Positions 28,570 to 38,851 of a stretch of DNA of 64,000 nt are shown here, one piece after another. Position 1 is the first letter of the stretch. Every line of letters begins with the position of its first letter. The position numbers were made by a program, and so were the translations under genes. Location of the stretch: assembly GCA_963836235.1 (NCBI GenBank), contig CAWIIP010000001.1:416001-480000 (forward strand). The letters are read 5' to 3'. The DNA is from an uncultured Pseudomonadota bacterium (GTDB lineage Bacteria; Oederibacteriota; Muellerivitia; Muellerivitales; Muellerivitaceae). The notes below the pieces were generated by a model, which saw only the letters and a list, made by a program, of their open reading frames with translations, searched no databases and was not told the DNA's origin.

Positions 28570-29466
28570 TTAGTTAGTCCTCCGGGCCATGTGACGCACC
28601 AGTTCCCGGAGCGGTTCTCCTTGGGCGCCAAAAGGCTTCAAGGCTAAGACAGCTTTTCGAGTCAGGTTTTCGACCTCGCTTTTTGATTTTTCCAACCCAA
28701 TGGCCGAAGGAAAAGTCATCTTCCCCCTGGCCCGGTCACTCCCAGCGGACTTCCCCAGGTCCTTGCTGTTTCCGGTTTCATTCAGGATATCGTCCACGAT
28801 TTGGAAAGCCAGGCCCGCCGACCAGCCGTAATCCGTCAGGGCCTTGAGTTTTGGACCCGTGATGCCCGCCAAAATTGCCGGAAGCCGGACGCTGGACAGC
28901 AGAAGAGCTCCGGTTTTGCGGCGGTGGATGGAAAGCACCTGGGACAGGCGGGGCCTTTGCTTTTCGGCTAGGACGTCGTCCACCTGCCCTCCCACCATGC
29001 CGGGATAGCCCGCATAGTGGGCCAGTTCGAAGACGGTTTGTGAAAGGTTCTTTCGGTAACGGCTGTCATAGGCAGCGGGATTGGAAATCCACTCGAAGGC
29101 CAGGGTTTGAAGTCCATCCCCCGCCAAAAGGGCTATGGCTTCCCCATAAACCTTGTGGTTGGTCTTACGGCCCCGCCGGTAATCATCGTTGTCTAAAGCG
29201 GGCAAATCGTCGTGAATCAGGCTATAGGTATGGATTAGTTCCAAGGCACAGGCGACTCGAAGGGCATTCTTGAGGGGCAAACCCACGGCTTCCCCCGAGG
29301 CCAGGCAAAGGATGGGTCTCAGGCGTTTGCCGCCCGCGAAGACGCTGTACTTCATGCTGTTCCAGAGCTTCGAGGGACACTGGGAACCATCACGGAAGAC
29401 CCGATGGAGCGCCTGGTCGACCACCCGGGCTTTTTGTTCAAGGTAGGATTGAAGGGAAAAGGACAT
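28570..29466 (-). CDS. ispA: Farnesyl/geranylgeranyl diphosphate synthase
   Basis: GGKRLRP, SLIHDDLP, FQIVDDIL; xseB-ispA-dxs synteny. Confidence 0.92.
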   Translation of the reverse strand: MSFSLQSYLEQKARVVDQALHRVFRDGSQCPSKLWNSMKYSVFAGGKRLRPILCLASGEAVGLPLKNALRVACALELIHTYSLIHDDLPALDNDDYRRGRKTNHKVYGEAIALLAGDGLQTLAFEWISNPAAYDSRYRKNLSQTVFELAHYAGYPGMVGGQVDDVLAEKQRPRLSQVLSIHRRKTGALLLSSVRLPAILAGITGPKLKALTDYGWSAGLAFQIVDDILNETGNSKDLGKSAGSDRARGKMTFPSAIGLEKSKSEVENLTRKAVLALKPFGAQGEPLRELVRHMARRTN

Positions 29467-29471
29467 GCGTA

Positions 29472-29696
29472 TCAGCTCTTGGACTCTTCATTTTTGGATT
29501 TCGCCGAGGCGCTTTTCAGGAGCAGTTTGACCTTTTTTTCAATTTCGTTCAGGCGGGAATTGCATTCTTTGGTAAGTTTCATTCCCTCTTCAAAAAGTTT
29601 AAGGGAATCTTCCAACTTGAGGTCTCCCGATTCCATCTTTTCGACGATGGCTTCGAGCTTCGTGAGCGAGTCTTCAAACGCGGGCTGTGTTGGCAT
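29472..29696 (-). CDS. xseB: Exodeoxyribonuclease VII small subunit
   Basis: FEDSLTKLEAIVEKMESG..LEDSLKLFEEG. Confidence 0.95.
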   Translation of the reverse strand: MPTQPAFEDSLTKLEAIVEKMESGDLKLEDSLKLFEEGMKLTKECNSRLNEIEKKVKLLLKSASAKSKNEESKS

Positions 29697-29744
29697 AACC
29701 GATCCTCGGATAAATTTGGAGACTTAGTTTACCCCAAGACAGGC

Positions 29745-31700
29745 CTATTTTTCGATGGAGAAAACCCGATAGGAATGCGGTGGAATTTGGACCTTGAAAT
29801 TCGTTTTCGGCGCTTCGGGGTTTTGCTGGGCCCACCAATTGTTCGGATCGGGAGTCGGTACCGGCTGGGTTTCCACCGGCATGTCCAGCAGCGCATCCCT
29901 CAACTTGCCTCCCGTTCCCGGCAAGGTCACCGTCACGTCACAGGGCTCGGAGCGGAAGGACTCCACCACGAAACGGTTGTTGTCGTAGGCAAAGAGGGCC
30001 ACTTGGGCAGGAGAATCGATCCGTACCGGAAAATTACCTTGTAAGTAACCCTTGATCGCGGTCACCACACCTTGGGGCAGGTTGTAAAGGTCGGAAATGT
30101 TTTCCGGAATGGTGAGAACGTAAAGGATGCCTTTGGAATAGCGGTTCATCAGCAGGATCGGGAATCCCTTGGATGTGGCCACGCCCCGGATGATGCCCCA
30201 GGTGTCGTTCGTGAAGAAGCGGATTTCGGGGAATAGAATGGAAGGGTTCTCGTGCTTGGCATCGTTCAAAGGGGTTCCGTTTCCGGCCCCGTATCCATTG
30301 ATGAAATCGTGGATGGAGACCGTGCGCCCGGTGCACTCCAGTTCAGCGATGTCCTCGATTCCCTTCTCCTGCAAGGCCTTCAAGAGCCCGGATGTTATAA
30401 AGACGCTCTTTCCCGCCTTCAGGCTGGACTTGATCTTGGAGACGATTCGCGGATCGAACTTTGCCGATTCGGTCAACAATATAGTATCTGCGTCCTTCGG
30501 GTATTCGGGTTGGAGCTCAATGGGAATCCCGATGTTGCCCAGGTAGTTGTGGAGAAAATCCTCTCCCGTGGATTGGTAGGGTTTGTAGCTGGCGATGCCG
30601 ATGGGATTCCCCAGCTTGCCCAAGACCTGATCGATTTTCTCGAGTGAATAGCCCGCGGCTCTTCCCCAACCTGGAGGAGCGGTATCACCTGGCGCCGATT
30701 TATAGGTTTTGATCATTTCGTCCCAGTTGAAGCTGGTTGACAGTTTCTTCCAAGCTTCCCGGTTACCAGGTTCCAGCGCGCGGGTTTCGGACATGGGGGC
30801 CCAGTTGAAAAGGGTGATCTCCGGCGCCTTGGCGAAAAGGGTATCCCACAATTCTTCAGCGTAACGGTCCACGTAACGGGTGCTATAGACGTCGACCCAA
30901 CCACCCAAGTTCTCGCCGTCTGGACGGATGTTGCTGAAATAACGGAAAATCTCATAGCTTTCGTACTGCTGCAGAAGCTGGTCCGTAATATAGGGATCGC
31001 GGGTTTCCGTTCCGGTATAGATGTAGTCGAACATCTGGGACTGTTTTTCCAGGTCGTATCCGAGTCCCTGGAAATGCTCGTACCAATTGGGGTACTTGAT
31101 GATCATCTTTATCTTCGGATTGATTTTTCGCGCGGGTTTCAGCACGAGGTCTTGGGATGCCTCGCGCATGATGTCCAGCCGGTATTGGGTCCAGGAACGC
31201 TTGCCCTTGGCGGCGATATCCGCGTCGGATTTGCTGGTGTAGAAGAAAAAATCATCCAGGATGACATGGTCGAAATGCCGGGCGGCCATCTCCACGGCCT
31301 TCTTGCATTCGGCCCGATCCTCCGACTTTTCATAATCAAAGGTTCCGAACTGGCCTCCATGCCCGCCCTTGGCCAGGGTAATGCCGCCCCATACCTCCAC
31401 CCCGTGGTCGGTAAAAAACTTTTTGATCCCGTCCAACGTGGATTCGTCGGCAAATTGCTTATCCCGGTAAACTTCCAGGTAGACCTTGTCAAACTTGACC
31501 TGGGCCATGGTCCGGTCGAATTCTCTTTGGAGCCTTTGGGGATCGGTAAAGGAACGGGTTGCGTTCACCACGATATAAATAGCGGTTTTGAAGTTTTTGT
31601 AATGTCCTTCGGGCATTGTTCCTTCTGAATGAACCAAGGATGGGAGTAAAACCGAAGCCATGAAAACGGATTGGGTGACCATTTTCGACAAAGCCTTCAT
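29745..31700 (-). CDS. Secreted hypothetical protein, possibly glycoside-hydrolase-like
   Basis: Long clean ORF with RBS GGAGG, signal-like N-terminus, ILDDFFF motif, aromatic-rich; function is inference. Confidence 0.6.
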   Translation of the reverse strand: MKALSKMVTQSVFMASVLLPSLVHSEGTMPEGHYKNFKTAIYIVVNATRSFTDPQRLQREFDRTMAQVKFDKVYLEVYRDKQFADESTLDGIKKFFTDHGVEVWGGITLAKGGHGGQFGTFDYEKSEDRAECKKAVEMAARHFDHVILDDFFFYTSKSDADIAAKGKRSWTQYRLDIMREASQDLVLKPARKINPKIKMIIKYPNWYEHFQGLGYDLEKQSQMFDYIYTGTETRDPYITDQLLQQYESYEIFRYFSNIRPDGENLGGWVDVYSTRYVDRYAEELWDTLFAKAPEITLFNWAPMSETRALEPGNREAWKKLSTSFNWDEMIKTYKSAPGDTAPPGWGRAAGYSLEKIDQVLGKLGNPIGIASYKPYQSTGEDFLHNYLGNIGIPIELQPEYPKDADTILLTESAKFDPRIVSKIKSSLKAGKSVFITSGLLKALQEKGIEDIAELECTGRTVSIHDFINGYGAGNGTPLNDAKHENPSILFPEIRFFTNDTWGIIRGVATSKGFPILLMNRYSKGILYVLTIPENISDLYNLPQGVVTAIKGYLQGNFPVRIDSPAQVALFAYDNNRFVVESFRSEPCDVTVTLPGTGGKLRDALLDMPVETQPVPTPDPNNWWAQQNPEAPKTNFKVQIPPHSYRVFSIEK

Positions 31701-31834
31701 GCCTACCTCCGGGGACAGATGATATAAGCGGATTTCAAAAGAGGCCAAGAAAATTAAAATCATTTAAAAGAAAATTGGATTGGAGTCGGACAAAACCCCA
31801 AAAAAGCGCTTTTACAAATACTTAATAATCCATT

Positions 31835-33130
31835 TTAAGAAAGCCCGGGCCTTTCTCCGTCCAGTGAGCTGACTTCCGATTCCAGTGTTCCCTGCTGAAG
31901 TTGTATGCCAAGCCGGTTACCTTTCTTTAAACCCCTAGGTGATCGGAGGATTTCCCCAGTTTTTTTAAGACTTACCACCGCGTATCCCCGTTTCAAAGGT
32001 CCATAAGGATGATAAGCCTGCAATTGGGCTTCCAGCCTTCGAAGTTTTTCACAGAAAGGTTTAATGGACTGCAAGGGCGTGGAGCGGGCCAGGAAATCTG
32101 CGAAACGTTGGAAATGAAGCTTCTTTTCTTGGAGCGATTGCCGCAAGGCTTCTTGCAAGTCTTCGGTTATGCGATCCAGGTTCTGGCGGGCTTCGGTGAT
32201 CAAATACTCGGGGCGGCGCTCTTGGAGGATGCCGGCCAGTTCCTTAAGGTCTCTTTTCTTTTCTTGAAGCATGTCGTTTAAGGCGTCTTTCAATCTTAAG
32301 GCAAGATTGGCAATTTCCGCCTGCACCTTGTCTCGGCCCGGCGCCAGCATGGCCGCCGAGGCGGTCGGGGTCGGAGCCCGTAAGTCCGCCACGAAGTCGC
32401 AAAGGCTGAAATCTACCTCGTGTCCCACGGCGCAAATACTCGGTACGGAAGAGGCGGCCAAGGCCCTTACCACGCCCTCGTCGTTGAAAGCGGCCAAATC
32501 CTCCTGGCTGCCCCCGCCACGGGTTAAAACCAGAACCTCATGCTCGCCCTTTTCGGAAATTTCTCGGATGGCCGAAATGATTTCGGCGGGAGCTTCCTTT
32601 CCCTGAACCTTGACGTCAAAAACATCAAAGTCTTCAATCCCCACGCGGGTGGCGAGGATTTTTAAAAAGTCCTGCAATGCGGCCCCTTGGGCGGAGGTGA
32701 TGATGGCAATTCGCCTGGGATATTGCGGCAGGGGTCTTTTTCTGGCGGGATCAAAAAGGCCTTCCTCCGAAAGTTTCTTTTTTAACTGCTCGAAGGCTAA
32801 TTGAAGACCGCCCACCCCTTGAGGTTCCAGCAATTGGACATTCATTTGAAATTGGCCGTAACCTTGGTAGATCGTAATAAGGCCGCCGGCCACGACTTTT
32901 AGGCCGTTTTCAGGTTTGAAGACCATACCAAAGTTATTGCCTTTGAAAAAAGCGCAGCGCAGAACGCCTTTTTCATCCTTTAATGAAAAATACATGTGGC
33001 CTGAAGAGTGATGCTTGAAGTCGGTGATTTCACCCTGAACCAGGACATTCGTGAACTTGGCTTCTAAAAGCATTCGGGCTGATTGAAGCAATTCGGAGAC
33101 TGAATAAATCATCCGGTTTTCAAGGTTCAT
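31835..33130 (-). CDS. xseA: Exodeoxyribonuclease VII large subunit
   Basis: SGHMYFSLKD, RGGGSQEDL, AVGHEVD, RAPTPTA. Confidence 0.96.
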   Translation of the reverse strand: MNLENRMIYSVSELLQSARMLLEAKFTNVLVQGEITDFKHHSSGHMYFSLKDEKGVLRCAFFKGNNFGMVFKPENGLKVVAGGLITIYQGYGQFQMNVQLLEPQGVGGLQLAFEQLKKKLSEEGLFDPARKRPLPQYPRRIAIITSAQGAALQDFLKILATRVGIEDFDVFDVKVQGKEAPAEIISAIREISEKGEHEVLVLTRGGGSQEDLAAFNDEGVVRALAASSVPSICAVGHEVDFSLCDFVADLRAPTPTASAAMLAPGRDKVQAEIANLALRLKDALNDMLQEKKRDLKELAGILQERRPEYLITEARQNLDRITEDLQEALRQSLQEKKLHFQRFADFLARSTPLQSIKPFCEKLRRLEAQLQAYHPYGPLKRGYAVVSLKKTGEILRSPRGLKKGNRLGIQLQQGTLESEVSSLDGERPGLS

Positions 33131-33137
33131 TGAAATC

Positions 33138-34058
33138 CTAGAATCTTTTTACTTTTACGGTTTTAACTAATTGGGAAGCCAGTCTTGGGTCGAAACCCAT
33201 AATTCCTGTCTCCGCTACTGTCGTAGCGGTAGCGCAAGCCAGACGAGCGCATTCAAAAAAACTTTTCCGGGTTTGAAACCCTTTTAAATATCCGGCCATA
33301 AACCCGTCTCCCGCTCCCACCACCATCCGTCCAGAAATCTTTCGGGAAGATTTAACCCAACAGGCTTCAACCCCGTTCCAAAGCAATGCGCCTTCCACCC
33401 CGTTGGTCACGGCTCCGTGCAAAAGGCCGGATTTAAGCAGGATTGGCAAGGATTGACGCACCTGTTGCAATCCCGATAACTTGCGGCCGATCGCTTCCGA
33501 ATATTCAAAAAGATTCACTTTGAAAAACCAGGGTTTGGCCAGGAAGGCATGCCGAAGGGCCGGGCCGGAGCTATCCACGACGGTCCAAAGGCCTCTTCTT
33601 TTGAAGGCTTGGATCCAGGACTGATAAAGGGCTGAGTTCATTCCCTTGGGCAGGCGTCCCGTCAAAACCAATAGATCATTTTTTTTAAGCGCTTTATCTA
33701 ATAGGCCAAAAGCCGTTAAATCCAGTTCGAAGCCCGGATGGTTGTACTTCTTACTTTTCCCATGGGTTTCCACCACGACATTGAGGCGGATTGGAACTTT
33801 CGAACCGAGATATAGGGGCGCCAGCCTTTCTCGTGCCAGCAAGGAACGATAGAGATGGTGCGTCGGGTGGTTTCCTCCACCGGTACCCAGCCAGATTTTG
33901 GATTTTATTTTTTCGGCGTTTAAAAACCGGGCAATGTTGAGGGCTTTGCCGCCAGCTTCCACGTCGGACTCTAAAACCTCTCCGATTTTCCCATGCGTCG
34001 GTTCTGATAGTCGAAGCTCTAGATCTAATGCGGGATTGAGGGTGACGAGATGGATCAT
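33138..34058 (-). CDS. PfkB-family carbohydrate kinase (1-phosphofructokinase-like)
   Basis: VTLNPALD, AGGKALN, VDSSG, VGAGDGF. Confidence 0.85.
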   Translation of the reverse strand: MIHLVTLNPALDLELRLSEPTHGKIGEVLESDVEAGGKALNIARFLNAEKIKSKIWLGTGGGNHPTHHLYRSLLARERLAPLYLGSKVPIRLNVVVETHGKSKKYNHPGFELDLTAFGLLDKALKKNDLLVLTGRLPKGMNSALYQSWIQAFKRRGLWTVVDSSGPALRHAFLAKPWFFKVNLFEYSEAIGRKLSGLQQVRQSLPILLKSGLLHGAVTNGVEGALLWNGVEACWVKSSRKISGRMVVGAGDGFMAGYLKGFQTRKSFFECARLACATATTVAETGIMGFDPRLASQLVKTVKVKRF

Positions 34059-34143
34059 GACGTTTGTTCAAACCGAGCATCGGCGACTTTGGCGTCTAGC
34101 GAGTGTTTCCACTTTAATAAAAGTGACAAGGCATCAAGACGCT

Positions 34144-34851
34144 TCAAGGTTTGACGCCTTTGGTAAGCAAGTAAAGTTCCTGAAGTTTTTGAGCGGCCTC
34201 AATCCTTTGTGCGTCCGTTTCACCCATTAGAAGCGTTTTTTTCCAAATTCTAATGGCATCCTGGTATCGCCCGACTTTTTTGTATGTGTTGGCCAAAATA
34301 TTTACCAGCATAGGCGGGACATCAGGTCTTTCGGCTTCTTCTTCCAATACGGGAATAATCAAATCATAACGTTCTGTATGCTCGTAGAGAATGGCGGCTA
34401 AGAGAAATTTAAGGCGTTCCGCGTGTGGATTCGACTTTATTCCTTTTTCCAACAGTTTGGCGGCCTCGTCGATTCGGTTCAGGTGAAAAGCGAGGGCCGA
34501 GGCACCGAAGGTATAAATCGAAACAAACTGGGGGTTTAAATCGGAGGTCAAACAACAATAATCGTAGAGTTTGGAAAATCGCGTTCCCGCGTTCGCCGCA
34601 TCACCATAGTACTGAATGACTTGTATCCAAAAAGCGTGACCGACCAAAACCTTGTTTCCGCTTAAAAACGCGATAGCACGCAAAGTCGAGGAAATGGTTT
34701 TATCCATTTGCCGGGTTTCGTTGACCTCAAAAGGTACGGGATGAATCCAAATTTCCAAGCGATCGGAAAGAACGGCCTGGGCAATAAAGAGGACAAAAAT
34801 CAGTATCGGAGACCATTTTAGTGACCGTTCATAAAAGATCGTGGAATTCAC
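34144..34851 (-). CDS. TPR-containing membrane-anchored protein
   Basis: WIQVIQYYG, LNPQF, TPR-like helices; GTG start overlaps the permease stop. Confidence 0.65.
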   Translation of the reverse strand: MNSTIFYERSLKWSPILIFVLFIAQAVLSDRLEIWIHPVPFEVNETRQMDKTISSTLRAIAFLSGNKVLVGHAFWIQVIQYYGDAANAGTRFSKLYDYCCLTSDLNPQFVSIYTFGASALAFHLNRIDEAAKLLEKGIKSNPHAERLKFLLAAILYEHTERYDLIIPVLEEEAERPDVPPMLVNILANTYKKVGRYQDAIRIWKKTLLMGETDAQRIEAAQKLQELYLLTKGVKP

Positions 34852-35624
34852 TTGAATTCCCTCTTTTCCAAATTGACCCAGCCGATGAGGAACAAGACGA
34901 AGGAATAGGAAAAAGCGTAAAGCAGGATTTCTTCCCATTGGGACCAACCCAAAATCAAATTTGGATCATAAATCCGGTCTTTGAGATTAAAGGCTTCCAA
35001 ATTCGGAAGGATGAAGTAAATAATTTTTAACAGGGTCTTAACCCAATGCGCTATTTCCTGGTTTAAAAGCCATTCCACCACGCCAATGCAGTGGCCTAGA
35101 AAAATGGTGAAGAAACTGTAAAGCACCACCCCCACCATGGAAGTGGCGATCATCTGGAAAGTCAATCCCAGAACCGTGAGGACGAACATTTCCAAAAGTA
35201 TGAAAACAATACAATCATAAAAAAGAGTCGGGACTTGCCCTCCGCCAGCTAAAACAACCAATCCCATCACCGTGAAACCCATTCCCAGAACAACCAAGGC
35301 AACCACCGCGTAAAATCCAAGAATACGCCCCAGCAAATATTCCCCTTTTGTAAGTGGTTTGGCTAAATGGAGGTAAATGGCTTTTTGATCAATTTCAGTC
35401 GTGTAGGTAACGGCTAGACTTAGGATTAGAACCAAAAGCCCCGAAACTTCCATGCCGGTGAGGCCCAAATCCATGAAAATTTGGAGAACACTGCCAAAGC
35501 TCAGAATGGATAAGAGAAAAGCCAAGCCACAAAGGACCACCACGCTAATGAGCCAAATGAAAAGCATCTTGCTTCGGATCAGTTCCCGAAAAGTGAAGTT
35601 TCCAACAGCGAAGATTCGTTTCAC
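34848..35624 (-). CDS. ABC transporter permease (PilI-like)
   Basis: TFRELIRSK, EIDQKAIY..KPL..YLLGR, ILPNLE. Confidence 0.85.
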   Translation of the reverse strand: MKRIFAVGNFTFRELIRSKMLFIWLISVVVLCGLAFLLSILSFGSVLQIFMDLGLTGMEVSGLLVLILSLAVTYTTEIDQKAIYLHLAKPLTKGEYLLGRILGFYAVVALVVLGMGFTVMGLVVLAGGGQVPTLFYDCIVFILLEMFVLTVLGLTFQMIATSMVGVVLYSFFTIFLGHCIGVVEWLLNQEIAHWVKTLLKIIYFILPNLEAFNLKDRIYDPNLILGWSQWEEILLYAFSYSFVLFLIGWVNLEKREFK

Positions 35625-36601
35625 TTTTTTTCTCCTATTAAAGAATGAGCCAAATGGTCTTGAGCCCCGATGGCATTAAGAAAATAGGCTTCCACCAATG
35701 AGGAGAGGGGTCGTACTCCCTTTATATTGGCTTTGCGGGAGTTCAAAAGCGCAAGGGTTTCCGCCAACACCAAACCAGGTATTTCCACTCCGCTATTACG
35801 ATGGATCGCTTCCTGAAACGGCATGCCGGATAGTTTTGAAGCTTCTTCCTTATCCACGTCAATCCAATAATCCACCGGAACCGAAGACTCGAGTATTTTT
35901 GAAATGGGTACCGTTTCTTTCAACATACCGTCATGGAGAATTCCAACACGGTCGCAAACTCGTTCCACCTCGTCCAGGATATGGGTGTTTAGGAAAAGGG
36001 TGGTTCCCGTTTTTTTCAAATCGATGAAAATATCCCGCATTTCCTTGTAGCCGACGGGATCCAGGCCGCTCATGGGCTCGTCACAAATAAGGAGTTTGGG
36101 CTTACCGATGAGGGCTTGCCCGATGCCGATGCGCTGGAGCATACCCTTGGAATAACCGGAAACTTTTTCATTAGCGGACCTCGTCATTCTTACCAATTCC
36201 AGAATTTCGTCTACCCGGTGGCCAAGGGCCGCGCCGGATAAACTGTGCAAAGAGCCGAAATATTCCAACAATTCACGGCCCGTATGCTGCTTTGAAAAAT
36301 AGGGTAATTCCGAAAGGTAGCCGATTTGTTGTCGAACTTGGCGGTTCGAAATTTTACCGCCTAAAACATGGATATCGCCTTTTGTGGGACGTAAAAGTCC
36401 TAGAATCAATTTAATTACTGTTGTTTTTCCAGCTCCGTTCAAACCCATCAGGCCAAAAGCTTGTTTTTCATAAATATCAAGATGAAGATTTTTAAGGGCG
36501 TGAGTAATTTTGGGGGTAAACCAAAACCCGGTTTTATAGGTTTTGGAAAGATCGCGGATTTGAATCGCGCAGGGGAGGGTTGGGTCAAACGGCTCGGACA
36601 T
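35621..36601 (-). CDS. ABC transporter ATP-binding protein (PilH-like)
   Basis: GLNGAGKTT, YSKGMLQRIG, DEPMSGLDP. Confidence 0.9.
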   Translation of the reverse strand: MSEPFDPTLPCAIQIRDLSKTYKTGFWFTPKITHALKNLHLDIYEKQAFGLMGLNGAGKTTVIKLILGLLRPTKGDIHVLGGKISNRQVRQQIGYLSELPYFSKQHTGRELLEYFGSLHSLSGAALGHRVDEILELVRMTRSANEKVSGYSKGMLQRIGIGQALIGKPKLLICDEPMSGLDPVGYKEMRDIFIDLKKTGTTLFLNTHILDEVERVCDRVGILHDGMLKETVPISKILESSVPVDYWIDVDKEEASKLSGMPFQEAIHRNSGVEIPGLVLAETLALLNSRKANIKGVRPLSSLVEAYFLNAIGAQDHLAHSLIGEKK

Positions 36602-37431
36602 CAGTTTCCAACCTCCACGTAACTCTCCAAACGCTCAAAAAGCGCGAGCGCGGCCTGGATCGCCAAGGCGCTTGTCCTGGGATTGTCCTTGGAAGGCCGA
36701 TTACGGGTAACGGCGGTGAGCTCACCGAAATCACCCGCGACATGGATCTCGTGTTGATTGGACTTGATCGTCGGATCGACCATAACCCTTACCTTTAGTT
36801 TTTTAGGATTCCCCGACGCTAGGGCTGTCGTCGCGGCCACGTTGACATTGGCTGGAAAACGACGGATTGCCCCCCAGACATCTCCCTGATAAAGATAAAA
36901 AGCGGATTTACTTTTGTAAAGCAGTCGTTTTTGAGAAGAGGTCAAACCGGGAGCCCCCTCAAAACCTCGAGGCGGTTTGGTCGAAGTGATGATCAATTCC
37001 CTTATTTTTCCTATTTGTCGGGCCGCCTTTAGCCCATCCAAACCGCAAAGCGCTCCCGACGGAAGATAAATTTTCGTTTGATAACGACGGGCTAGTTTTT
37101 CTAGTTTTTTTTGATGAAGCAGGAATCCACCGGTGCTCATCATCACCACAGGTATCAATTTTTTCAGGGCGACTTCCGCGACGGAAAGCGCCACCTGAAC
37201 GGAAGCCGCTTCCAAGAGAATGTCGCATTTACCAAGCATCGGACCAATTCCGACGCATACGGTTGGATTTGATTTTAAAAGTTTTGAAAGGTTGACCGCG
37301 GAGGTATGGTTGATATCGAAAAGTGCGGTGACACGAAAGGCGGATTTTTTCTTCTCAAGCAGACGGGCCACCACTGATCCGATGGCCCCACAACCGACGA
37401 TTCCAAGGCGCCTAGGAGGGGCCTTTTTCAC
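36601..37431 (-). CDS. nadX: L-aspartate dehydrogenase
   Basis: GCGAIG, PSGALCGLD, KPP, FPANVNVAA, NPRTS; adjacent to nadA. Confidence 0.9.
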   Translation of the reverse strand: MKKAPPRRLGIVGCGAIGSVVARLLEKKKSAFRVTALFDINHTSAVNLSKLLKSNPTVCVGIGPMLGKCDILLEAASVQVALSVAEVALKKLIPVVMMSTGGFLLHQKKLEKLARRYQTKIYLPSGALCGLDGLKAARQIGKIRELIITSTKPPRGFEGAPGLTSSQKRLLYKSKSAFYLYQGDVWGAIRRFPANVNVAATTALASGNPKKLKVRVMVDPTIKSNQHEIHVAGDFGELTAVTRNRPSKDNPRTSALAIQAALALFERLESYVEVGN

Positions 37432-38363
37432 TTCGTGGGCACCGCCGCCAACATGCCGTCAAGCGCTTTGAGAGCCTTAATCCGGATAGGCTCGGGAATT
37501 TCAATGGGATGTTGAAGTTCCTTCAATGACTCGTAGACATCCTCCAATTGAGTCATTTTCATATTGGGACAAATAAGACTCTTGGTGGGAAGAAGGAAAT
37601 TTTTCTCCGGCATGGCCGTTCGCAGACGATGAAGCATGCCCATTTCGGTACCGATGATGAAGGTCTTGGCTGACGAAGCCTGGCAATAGCGAAGCATTTG
37701 GGATGTGGAAAGGATAGCATCCGCCATATTACAAATATCCTCGTTGCTCTCGGGATGGACTACCACGACGGCGTCCGGATGCTCTTGTTTCAGAGCGATG
37801 ATGTCCTTGGGCTTCATACGCTGGTGCGTCGGGCAGCAGCCGGCCCAAAGGATTATTTTTTTATGGGTTTGGGTTTGGACCCAGCGGCCCAAGTGCTGGT
37901 CGGGCACGAAAAGAATTTCTTCTTGAGGCATGGAGTTCACGACTTGCAGGGCGTTCGCCGAAGTACAACAAACATCGGCCATGGATTTGATCTCGGCGGA
38001 GCAATTGACATAGGCCACTACGGCCGCTTTCGGATACTTGGATTTTTCCGCTTCCAACTGTGCGGGCGTAATCATGTCCGCCAAAGGACAGCCAGCTTCG
38101 GCCGCGGGCAAAAGGACCGTCTTTTGAGGCGAGAGGATCTTGGCCGTTTCCGCCATGAAGTGGACGCTGCAAAAAACGATCACATCGGCGTCGGTTTTGG
38201 CCGCCAGTCGGGAAAGTTCCAGTGAATCTCCTACATAGTCGGCGATATCCTGGACTTCCGGGCGCTCATAACTATGGGCGAGAATGATGGCGTTTCTTTC
38301 TTTTTTCAGTTCTTGAATCCGTGCAATTAGTTCGGTGTCGTCCAAAAACAAGTCGAGTGACAT
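37428..38363 (-). CDS. nadA: Quinolinate synthase
   Basis: ILAHSY, GDSLEL, VHFMAE, GCPLA, CPTH, CPNMK. Confidence 0.96.
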   Translation of the reverse strand: MSLDLFLDDTELIARIQELKKERNAIILAHSYERPEVQDIADYVGDSLELSRLAAKTDADVIVFCSVHFMAETAKILSPQKTVLLPAAEAGCPLADMITPAQLEAEKSKYPKAAVVAYVNCSAEIKSMADVCCTSANALQVVNSMPQEEILFVPDQHLGRWVQTQTHKKIILWAGCCPTHQRMKPKDIIALKQEHPDAVVVVHPESNEDICNMADAILSTSQMLRYCQASSAKTFIIGTEMGMLHRLRTAMPEKNFLLPTKSLICPNMKMTQLEDVYESLKELQHPIEIPEPIRIKALKALDGMLAAVPTK

Positions 38364-38365
38364 GA

Positions 38366-38731
38366 TCAGTTTCCTCTCTTCACTTTGGTGACTTTATTCT
38401 TTGCGTTGACCGAAACTACCGTGGGCGCGTAGCCGGTTGGAGGCGTCTGCGGAAAACTCTCGTAGGTCAAGACAATAAGTTTATCGCCGATTTCGGTGTG
38501 CCGGGCCGCGGCTCCGTTCATGCAGACGACACCTGAATTGGGTTTGCCCTCAATAGCATAAGTAGCGATTCGGCTTCCATTGTTAAGATTCAACACGTGT
38601 ACCTGCTCATAAGGGGCGATATCCGCGGCTTTCATTAATTTGGCATCCAGCGTAATACTTCCCTCGTACCAAAGTTCGGTTTGGGTAACGTTGGCGTTGT
38701 GGATTTTGGATTTAACGAATGTACGGGCCAT
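38366..38731 (-). CDS. panD: Aspartate 1-decarboxylase
   Basis: KSKIH, YEGSITLD, NGAAAR. Confidence 0.96.
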   Translation of the reverse strand: MARTFVKSKIHNANVTQTELWYEGSITLDAKLMKAADIAPYEQVHVLNLNNGSRIATYAIEGKPNSGVVCMNGAAARHTEIGDKLIVLTYESFPQTPPTGYAPTVVSVNAKNKVTKVKRGN

Positions 38732-38851
38732 GTTTTCCTCAAACTTAGGTTTAAGAGTGTTTTAGTTTAACCGAAAAGCTGGTGCGCATCCATATCTGGG
38801 AAAGCTTTGTTTTACGGATAAGACTTTGATCCGTTTCGACAACGGGTTCAA

